Shown in pieces: positions 27,301 to 37,400 of a stretch of DNA of 64,000 nucleotides. Source of the stretch: Bugula neritina (taxonomy: Eukaryota > Animalia > Bryozoa). Position 1 is the first letter of the stretch. Every line of letters starts with the position of its first letter. The notes below the pieces were generated by a model. It made no database searches. It was not told the DNA's origin and saw only the letters and a program-made list of their open reading frames with translations. Made by a program: the position numbers and the translations under genes. The DNA lies in contig OZ037765.1 of the NCBI GenBank assembly GCA_964035545.1, positions 26,783,504 to 26,847,503 on the forward strand, given 5' to 3'.

Positions 27301-28530
27301 TGAGTCTACAGAGAGTTAGACTATGGTTATGATTGCGAAATATATCCACTTGGCATTTGTTAATTAAAGCAGTAATCTAAAGTATGCATTCCACAGCCAT
27401 ATATCATGATACAACAAAGAGAAACAGTAATAACAAAAAATTATTGAAAGAGGATACCTTACCTTTTTGGCTAAGCCAAGTTTGTGATAATAAGTTTTAG
27501 ATTTTTCTATACTTTTCTTGTGCTTCTTTAACAGAGAGTTGAGTGTTGAAGAGGAGTCTGACAGCGTCTGTCGAAACCTCGCCCTGGCTTCCTGTTTAAA
27601 CATAAAGTTATACAATGACTATAACCGGAAAAGTATCAATCAAACTGACAACAGCAGCTGACATGTTGGTGTCTACCATAAGTCAAATGATTACAAACTA
27701 TGGCATGGTCATATAGTTCATACATATAAGTAATATATTAAATGTATTTAACTTGTTTAAACTACATAGTACGCTAGCATTATAATTGTGTACCTGCAGT
27801 GCTATTGTGCCATAGAGATTTGCCATAGAGATTAGTCATTAATATTTTTGTTTTTCTGTTTTATGTATTTTTTCCCTTCACTTTTGACAAAATATATAAT
27901 ATGAGTATTATTCTATAACACTGTTCAATGTAAAACAATTATATAAAAATATCTTACATCTAGTTCTTTTTCCAGTTTGTTAATTTCATTTGTAGCATTG
28001 TTCATACACTCCAATTCAACCTAAAATAGTTAAAAGTACTAGATTGAAATACCTGTCATATTTAAAAAGAGTGAGATTATGCGAAATTAATGATATGGCA
28101 TTGGAATGTGACTTGTTTTAATTTCTACAGGATGCATTACACACCAGCTAAATAGGTATAACAGATGAGATTTCAGACTACTGATGAACGGTGCAATAAT
28201 AGATCAAAGCTGAAAACCATAGGCCACTGTTATGCCCTCAGCAAATGGGCCCAACATATCAACAAATTAGTTAATACTTGTATTGATCAATACGTTGAAA
28301 CAGTTAGACGAGAAACACATAAACCTAATTATGGCGGAAGAAGTGCTACAATAACATATTAATTATATTATGGAAAAGTGTTACATTATACGATTATAAT
28401 ATGAAAGCTATAATTACACATAAGAAATCAATGAAAGCAGTTCACAAACCTGAATTCTGGGGTCAAGCTGACTTTCATCCTCAGCATTATTACTGATATC
28501 ACTATCTGTTATAGAGCTAACTCCAATCAT
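24362..28530 (-). CDS. SH3BP5: SH3 domain-binding protein 5-like (SH3BP5/Parcas family, Rab11 GEF), 7 coding exons
   Basis: MIGVSS..QLDPRIQ | VELECMNNATNEINKLEKELD | EARARFRQTL..SIEKSKTYY | ..AWQEMLNHST | MMDAEKEKVRSELEH..AKPYYDLK | AKNNYRHAMSNLEKISEEIHEMR..PPREPGVG, then an acidic Ser-rich last exon. Confidence 0.92.
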
Positions 28531-28979
28531 TATCTCGAGATACTACGATATCTCTCAGTCAGTGACACCACTGCTATAACCAACTGTTGCTTTTATTCAA
28601 ACTAATCAATAAATAGCCGCTTCTCTCAGTATCTGAAAAATCCCACAACATTCTAATTAAGACCAGGATTTATATGTAGCTGTAAACTGGCACTCTAATA
28701 CCCCAATACCATATTCAGAATTTGTTTTTAATACTAACCTTCAATTCCCACTTATTTGTTGTGAATTGAAGGCTAGTATTAAATAACTTACAAATAAAAT
28801 CAATGAGATGATATAATAAAATTAAAAAAGGTGCAATATTCAATGGTTCAATTAAAATACTAATAAATAGGTTACAGTGGGGGTATGTGTTAGTATAGTA
28901 TAACTATATGTAGCTGTGATATTATTATAACTTTCAACATGTAGAAGTCTAAATAAAACTAATTATAACAACATCCAGT

Positions 28980-29750
28980 ACTAGTATTAGTAGTAGCCAA
29001 GTACAGGACTAAGTCTTAGTCTAGCCAACTAATTGCACTTGCAGCTTTACAACTATACTATGTTCAACTTTATGATTATTTATAATTTAATAGAAATATT
29101 ACTATTAGGTATGATAAATATAATAAATAAAATTAATATTATAATAATAATTATATTGCAATATTAACTATATTTAACATCATTCTTACAAGTTACAGTT
29201 ATTGGTACTAATTAGTCATCACGATTATTTATTATAGTATATACTATAAGTATTACTATTAGTATAAACTATTATTATTATAATATTCATAATCACTATA
29301 ATTATAATAACTACAAAATTAAAAAACTGTAAAACTAAAAGTAAATGATAATTATAATATTAATTATGTTTAGGCAGTTGCAAAATCACAAAGCGAAAGT
29401 CAAATACAAATTCAAAGTCTAAAAATTGAATCGAATGCATTTGCAATCAATATTAATATTACTATTACTGAGTGAGTATTAGACAGGTATTACTATTACT
29501 ATTACTATTAGTATCAGTATCACTATTACCATCACTATCAGTATCACTATCATTATCACTATCAGTGAATCCAAGCTATGAACACTTGACCAACACTAAC
29601 AGTAACAGCGAATGCGATATTTAATTATAAAGATTGCTTTTAGTTTTACTGCATCACTATGACTATGACTTATGACTTATGAGTTATGAGTATCAGTATG
29701 ACATTGACTGTCACTATCGTCTATCAGTAAAACTGACTGTAATACCAATA
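28980..29750. repeat. Cryptic simple-sequence tract with 3/6-nt periodicity upstream of the SH3BP5 start codon
   Basis: TATTACTATTACTATTAC, AGTATCAGTATCACTATTACCATCACTATC and GACTTATGACTTATGAGTTATGAG. Confidence 0.65.
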
Positions 29751-31009
29751 TTTATATTAACAAAACCTTAAACGGAATAACTAAACCTATTGTGATTATT
29801 ACTTTGTATTCTTTACACGCATAGATCTTCAGAAATAATCACCATTACCGTTATTACAATAATAAACACCGAGCTGGAAAAATTAATGTTATTGACTTCA
29901 TTGACAATAAACTAATGGTTAGCTTAATATTACCTCAATATAAACTTAGTGGAGCTATTGCGAACCCTACAACAATTATAACTCTTAACATAAAAATCTC
30001 TTAGGTTATAATCTAAAAAGCAAACTTTCTATTTTATCGTAATGAAATAATACAATAACGAATTTAATCTAAGTATAAATCGAAGCAATTTATTTTAAAG
30101 AAAAGACAACTTTTAACTGCTATTACTTTGCTTGTTCAGCTTTTATAACGCAATGAACACTAGCATCAAAGTATGAACTAAAAACTACCTGTTAATTTTT
30201 GCACATGTTGCATTTGCAAAAGTTCCCTACAGTCTTGTCTAAGTTGCTGGAGTGAAATAGAATTGGTTTGATACAGAATCATAGTTATGCAATAAAAGCA
30301 ATACCTTTAAAGTAGTGATAAACTTTTAAGAGTTGAACATATTTTGCTTTAAAATTAATTTGTCAAGATTATCATTCAATAAGTGATTAATCATAATAAT
30401 TATGTTAAAACCAATTTTCTTTGTAAATAAATTATTTTTTAAAATCTCATTTTAATGATAAAACAAATTATGCATGCATATATATAGTTATTTATATACA
30501 GTTTATAGAGTTTCATAGCATGCATGAATTATTAAATATTAAAGGCTACATGTCATATGTCAGAAGTTCTTAAACTTTTCAAGCTAGTAATTCCTTTTAG
30601 CAATATATTCAATAAACTTAAGATCCTCCGTCTACACTCGTTTTCAATAATCACTCTAGTTGCTCATTGAATGAAATGAAAGTTAACTAAAATGAAGGGT
30701 TATTTTATACGAAAGTGACATGTTAGTTTTGTAACAACTCTATTTTGTTAATTCATGTGGCCAGACAAATGAGCTGGAGTTCTCATTAGAGCAGGAGTGT
30801 TTAACCATTTTAGAGCAAGAGCCACTAAAATGTATTATTCTTGTATGAGGACTATATTCTAAACTTTAGATTGAGCTGAGGGCCACAGCATCAGTATATT
30901 CCAAATTACTTTATTCACAATTCCTATGAATTATTACACAATGAATATATATATTACACAATCTACAGTATATAAGGCATTGACAAGGTAGTCTCCATGC
31001 ACTGTAATT

Positions 31010-31129
<120 letters not shown>

Positions 31130-32938
31130 AATATATCTTTACGAGCTAGCAATTTGATTATAAATAGGTATACGAGAAACATTGTTATTTATTACTTTAT
31201 TAAGTAAAGTAATTACACTGATATTTCGAAACTAATTATGGAACAGGAATTAAAGAACAAACACTACCAGAAAAAGAAGGTACAACAATCTATCACTGAA
31301 GTCAAGCAATATCTTCAAAAGAAATTAAGTTTGCTTTTTTATCTAGTCCTTATAAGTAGAATAACCTCTCGTATTTTAAAGGAACGCAAATTTATTCATT
31401 GCAAGCATGACCGAAAAATTAAACAACTTCGAAACTGCATTCAAGACCCTAAAGCTCAAGAATCAGACACTATGAAAAGCTTACACAATTTCTCTTCAGT
31501 TCAACTTACAAATCAACAACAACAAGCTATTGCCAGAGGATTAGATGTACACATTCCTACAAAAACCAACAATATTCATATTAAATCACAACTCGAATCT
31601 TTCTACCAACAAATTTCCTCAAATCAACATCAAGTATCTGAAGATAAGCTTGAAGTAATTAAAGGTAAACTCTTAGATACGTACTCCAAATTTATAAAGA
31701 TTAAGATGCCAAAATATTTTGATGATGCTCTAAAGAAATTGAAAAATAATAAGGATATCGCATTAATTAAACAAGACAAAGGAAAAGGCACTGTTGTCAT
31801 GAATAAGAAGGATTACATCAACAAATGTTTAGAAATACTAAATACACCAAAATTTTCAACATGTTCCACAGATCCAACAAAACTATTGAAAATCGAATAC
31901 AATTAGAATTACGTAGTATCAAAAAACATTTTTCTGACACTGACTACAAAAGGATATATCCAACAGGTTCAGCACCTGGAAAATTTTACGGGATGGCCAA
32001 AATACACAAACTCAAACAAGGAGATGGTATAGAGAAGCTAAAAATGCGACCAATAATTTCTAACATAGGCACTGCATCATACCAACTTGCGAAATACCTG
32101 GCCAAAATGCTAAAACCACTTAGTGAATCTGAAAGTAATATCGAATCAACCGATAGTTTTCTTACATATATACGGCAACTTCATATTCCAGCAAACCATC
32201 AACTGATATCATTTGATGTTGTTTCCCTCTTTACTTCTGTACCGCTTGACTACACGATTTCAGCAATCATAAATGATATTTATGAGAAACAACGAATCCA
32301 AACAACTATACCAAAGAAGAAAATGATAAACTTACTCAACCTTTGTACAAAACAAGTTCACTTTACTTTCAACGACATCATTTATACACAGACGGATGGT
32401 GTTGCTATGGGATCTCCTCTAGGACCAATAATTGCGAATATATTCATGACAAAACTAGAACAGAAAGTAATACCAAAATTGAATTCAATGTCACCTTGGG
32501 TGAGATACATAGATGACACACTTGCAACAATAGACCCTGATTATATTAACACAACACTCAACACACTTAATAATTTTCATCCTAACATAAAATTTACTCA
32601 CGAACTAGAAACCAATAAATCACTTTCTTTTCTGGATGTTACAGTTTTGCGACACAATAGCTCAGTGGAAACCACAGTATTCCGCAAACCAACACATAAC
32701 GATACATATTTACATTGGAACTCTTTCTCACTAAAAACGTGGAAGCTAAGCACACTCAAGTCACTAGTATTAAGGGCTAATAAAATCTGTTCTACTCCAG
32801 CACTTAAGACCCAAGAACTAAACTATATTCGAAATGTTTTTGAACATAAAAATGGTTACCCTAAATATGTAATAGAGAAAACTATTAACAACATTGGTGA
32901 CGGACTACTCAGTGAAAAAGACAACAGGAAACACATTT

Positions 32939-33505
32939 TGTGATAGATTCTCATCCTCTACTGTTCTCAAGTAACTGCGTGTGTCAGTATTATAATTACT
33001 GTTGCGTATATTTTGAATGCCGTAATTGTAGCTAAGTTGCACTAGCTTTCTAATGCCTTATTATTGTGATTAAGCTTTCAGTATAATGTAATTTTCATTA
33101 AATACGCATTTCCAGAGTTATTTTCCCTTTTTGCTATTTCATCGTTTTGCATTAATACTGATACTGGAAATTTGTGTAGCTTTTATGAATGCCTTCAATA
33201 GGTTGTTATTATAGCTAAATTCTTGGCCTATTGAATTATTCATTCTCCTTTGTCTATTTTTCTTTTGTTACTGTCAAGCTTAACTTTCTTTTGTCTGTTG
33301 GAACATTCTAGATGTGAATTCTTGTGTATAAAAGCAGGCGAGTTTCCAGTGTAGCTTCAGACTACTACTGGAGCTCGCTGGTAGTAGGACCACATGAGCT
33401 GTATCTGATACAATAAAGGTTATCCTCATTTGTACTCAAATACTTGGCTTATTCTTTCTAGAGCATGTAGGCACTAGTTGCATTCAGAACCCACAGTTTA
33501 CTACA
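32939..33505 (+). repeat. 5' LTR (567 bp)
   Basis: TGTGATAG...TTTACTACA, with TATAAAA at 33327-33333 and AATAAA at 33412-33417. Matches 39724-40290. Confidence 0.96.
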
Positions 33506-33506
33506 T

Positions 33507-33524
33507 TGGTGGCAGCGGTGGGAT
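33507..33524 (+). promoter_or_regulatory. Primer-binding site complementary to the tRNA-Leu 3' end
   Basis: TGGTGGCAGCGGTGGGAT is the reverse complement of ATCCCACCGCTGCCACCA, the 3' end of animal tRNA-Leu(AAG/TAG). Starts 1 nt after the LTR. Confidence 0.88.
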
Positions 33525-33555
33525 TTTCGAATAACTAGTTGCCGAGCGGCGCGCA

Positions 33556-34461
33556 ATGGCCCCAGGGGACTCAGCCCCTGAGGCAGCAACACCACCAGCC
33601 CTCACGGTTGAGGCGCTGGTCACAGCCCTCCAGGGATTGCGGGGTCAAGGACAGGCATCACCTGGTGACAGGTATCGCCTCCAGCCCCCGAATTTCGGAG
33701 GAGAAGGAGACGTAGAGCAATTCATCAGGGAGTTCCAGGATGTGGCCACCATCGCTGAATGGCCAGTACGGGTGCGCATCCTCCAACTCCGGGCCTGTCT
33801 GACAGGCCGGGCCAAGAGCTTTGCTCTTGGGCCTGATGAAGAGCACATCATGCGGGCTCTCAGAGCCCGGTTCGGCCTATCAGCCGAAGAAGCAGCTGAT
33901 CGTTTGCAGATAATGAGGAGAGACCGGAAGACTCCTCTGGAAGATCACGCTAACGAGGTAGAGCGCCTGGCTCAGGCTGCTTTCGGTCATGCCACTGGCG
34001 ACGACCGAAAGCGCCTCGTTTATAACGCGTTCTTCCGGAGCGTGAATCACCCGGACCTGCAGCGACACTGGCTGGCCGCCAAGGTCAACAGTATAGAGGA
34101 AGCGCTGGAAATGGGGAAGGCTTACTTCCAGGTGGAAGAGCCTAGGCGACCGAGCTATACAGCCCGCCAAGTGGTCGAGGAGCATGAGGAGACCACCCCA
34201 CTTCCAACTCCACAGGTAGCAGCAGCTGCAACTAAATCACCCGAGCAGACGCAGCTCACCATGTTAATGGACATGATGAAAGGCCTGCAGGCTACGGTGA
34301 CGAAGTTGCAGAACGAACAGGCGGATAGGCGGGCTCCCCGTTCACGGGACAACCCTGTCCGCCCATCTCTGCTAACCTGTTGGGGGTGCGGGGCGCAAGG
34401 GCACGTGAGGAGGCACTGCCCTAGAGGCCAAGGGCCTTTAAACACCCAAGGCTCACGGTAA
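33556..34461 (+). CDS. gag: Gag (capsid plus CCHC nucleocapsid knuckle)
   Basis: 301-aa ORF just after the PBS, with PPNFGGEGDVEQFIREF and the knuckle CWGCGAQGHVRRHC. Confidence 0.92.
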   Translation: MAPGDSAPEAATPPALTVEALVTALQGLRGQGQASPGDRYRLQPPNFGGEGDVEQFIREFQDVATIAEWPVRVRILQLRACLTGRAKSFALGPDEEHIMRALRARFGLSAEEAADRLQIMRRDRKTPLEDHANEVERLAQAAFGHATGDDRKRLVYNAFFRSVNHPDLQRHWLAAKVNSIEEALEMGKAYFQVEEPRRPSYTARQVVEEHEETTPLPTPQVAAAATKSPEQTQLTMLMDMMKGLQATVTKLQNEQADRRAPRSRDNPVRPSLLTCWGCGAQGHVRRHCPRGQGPLNTQGSR

Positions 34462-34481
34462 CTTCCGCCAACCGTGGGCCT
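34437..34481 (+). promoter_or_regulatory. -1 programmed ribosomal frameshift signal (T TTA AAC plus stem-loop)
   Basis: The heptamer at 34437-34443 is in X XXY YYZ phase with gag. After a 5-nt spacer there is an 11-bp stem, AGGCTCACGGT/ACCGTGGGCCT. The -1 frame is open and continuous with pol. Confidence 0.85.
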
Positions 34482-37400
34482 CACGCCAATCCCATCCGGG
34501 ATAGGACTCGAAGAGGAGAAGAAGAGACCTCCACAGGGTCTGCCGATACCGAGTGGCAGAGGCCACGGAGACCTCGGAGACCGCAAGGTCTACCCGATCC
34601 TCCGGCCGTGTCACTCGAGACCCGGATGCAGCTAGAAGAAGCAGGATGGCAGGCACCTCGGAGATCTCGGAGACCGCAAGGTCTGCCCGATCCTCCGGCC
34701 TGGCCACTCCAGAACCGGTTCGCGGGGTTGCCCGAGGAGGTTGTGGAGGAGGTTTCAGCTTACTCGCAAGAGTACCCCAAGCTACCCTCCCGACCTCAGA
34801 AAACCCCCGTTGTCTCTAAGACGAAGAGGAGGCCCGCTGTGCGGACCCAAGTTGTGTCTCCCCCAGAGACTGACCGCTCCAGGAGCACCCAGCCGTATGG
34901 AAGCAGCTACTTCCTGCCCGGAAAGATTTCGGGTAAAGCTGCCACATTCCTACTGGATACTGGGTGCACTACCAACCTGCTGAGTAGGCGTCTCTTTGAC
35001 ACTCTTGGTGCACGAGAGCGGGCGAGCCTCGAGCCGTATGAAGGTGCGCATGGTACGTTGGCGGACGGATCATGCATTCCTTTCTACGGCGTCATTTCAC
35101 TACCTGGACGCGTCCGTGATCAAGCAATTCACGAGACGTTCATAGTCAGCCAGCTGAAGGAGGACGCCATCCTGGGAATGCCGTTTCTGGAGAAACACCA
35201 GTGTCACATGGATTTCCAGAAGTCAGTGGTGGTGATGGCTGGGAAGGAGCTTGTCTGCGTCGACAAGTTCGGAAGGCCCTTGGTGGGCGGAGTCCAGGTA
35301 GTGCGGGACTGCACGGTTCCGGGGAGATCCCAGGCGACTCTTCGCTGCAGAGTCAACTGCAAGGGGATCGCCGGCCTGGGGGTGGTTGAGGGAACGCACG
35401 GAGCGATCCGACTAGCAAACAGCCTGAATCGGCTAGATTGTCGGCAGGAGCTCCTCGTGCAGTGCATCAACCCCTTCACGGAACCTGTCCGATTATCGGC
35501 TGGAGCGCTGGTGGGGAAGTACCACTCCATCCAGGAAGCGGATGTGGGTCCGGCACTGGAGACAGTGGCTGACACCCAGGGGAACCCCCCTCACACCAGA
35601 CGAGGAGCAGTCCCAGAGCATATGGCTGACCTATATGATGGAGCGTGTGGAAACTGTACAAGTAGTACTGAACGCCAAGTACTGGCTCAACTACTTGCGG
35701 AGTACAGTGATGTCTTCAGTCGTGGCGATGGAGACATGGGGCTGACCAAGGTCATCTCCCACGAGATACCCCTGGCAGCCGGCACCACTCCCATCAGGCA
35801 GCCTACCCGGCGTCTAGGCCCGGAGAAGGAGAAGGAGGTGAGCCGACAGGTACAGGATCTTCTCGACCGGGATCTGATTGAGCCTGCCCACGGTGCGTGG
35901 AGCTCTCCAGTAGTCCTGGTCAAGAAGAAGGATGGTAGCTGGAGATTCTGCGTGGACTACCGCAGACTCAACAGTGTTACCATCCAGGACGCCTACCCTC
36001 TCCCACGGATAGATGAGTCTCTAGATGCCCTCGCGGGTAGCAAGTACTTCAGTACTTTGGATCTGCTTAGCGGGTACTGGCAAGTACCCCTCAGTCCTGA
36101 TGCCCAGGATAAAGCAGCATTCATCACCCGCGACGGGCTCTGGAAGTGGAAAGTACTGCCATTTGGATTAACGTCCGCCCCGGCAACTTTCCAACGGCTC
36201 ATGGAGCAGGTCCTCAGTGGGTTACACTGGAAGACCCTCCTCATCTATCTGGACGACGTCATTGTCATCTCCCCAGACTTCTCGACCCATGTCAGTCGTC
36301 TGCGGGAGGTCTTTGACCGTCTCCGGGCAGCTGGACTGAAGCTAAAGCCCTCCAAGTGTGCACTCCTGCAGCCGGAAGTCACGTACCTTGGCCATGTGGT
36401 TGGCCGTGACGGGGTCGCTACCGACCCGGAGAAGGTACAGGCTGTGAAGGAGTGGACTGTCCCCCGTGACCTCCCTGAGTTGCGCGCGTTCCTGGGCCTA
36501 GTAGGGTACTACCGGCAGTACATACCTGGCTTCGCAGGAGTGGCTCAGCCGTTAAATCGGCTGACTGCAAAGGGGGTCCGGTGGCAGTGGACACAGGAGG
36601 AGCAGCAGGCATTTGACCACCTCAAGCAGCGGCTAATGGAGGCGCCAATTCTGGCGTATCCTGACCCAGCCCAAGAGTACATCCTGGACACTGACGCCAG
36701 CGACCACAGCGTGGGAGCTGTCCTGTCTCAAGTTCAGGGTGGAAGTGAGGTGGTCGTAGCTTACTACAGCAAGACTCTCGCGGCCGCCGAGAAGAACTAC
36801 TGCACCACTAGGAAGGAACTCCTAGCAGTAGTCAAGGCGGTCAAGCACTTTCGGCCATATCTGTATGGGAGAACGTTCCGTTTGCGAACAGACCATGCAT
36901 CACTGATATGGCTGTGTAAACGTGCAGAGCCCTCGAGCCAGGTGGCTCGTTGGCTAGAGATTCTTGCCGAGTTCTCTTACCGGATAGAACACCGTGCTGG
37001 CCGGAAGCACGGGAACGCTGACGGCATGAGCCGCCGGCCGGTAGGAGACTGTAAGCAGTGCCTGCACATTGAGAAGCGGGACGGGGGACCCGCTCGCCTT
37101 GACGTGGAAACAGAGTTAGGGGAGGGCGCCGTCTATCGGTGGGAGCACGGCCATCTTCGGACCGAAACCCACTCAGACGACGTCCAGGCGCTCCACGCCA
37201 ACCCCACTCTGTACCAGAATGTCAAGGAGCTGTGCCGACTCCAGGAGACGCTACCCGGCGCGGTAGCGGACATTTTCCGGGCCAAGAAGGAGGGCCGACG
37301 ACCTAGCGAGGAACAGCAGCGGCAGGGAGACGTTGAGTTCCAACTCCTCTGTCGTCGCTGGGATGCCCTCAAGGTCAGTCCTGATGGCCTCCTGATGATA

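Noticed and set aside
31238-32943. Telomerase or group II intron RT, or programmed frameshift between the two RT ORFs
   Set aside because: The DKG motif plus C-terminal GIY-YIG identifies a Penelope-like element. The frame break is a single missing A in a homopolymer, which is a mutation or sequencing error.
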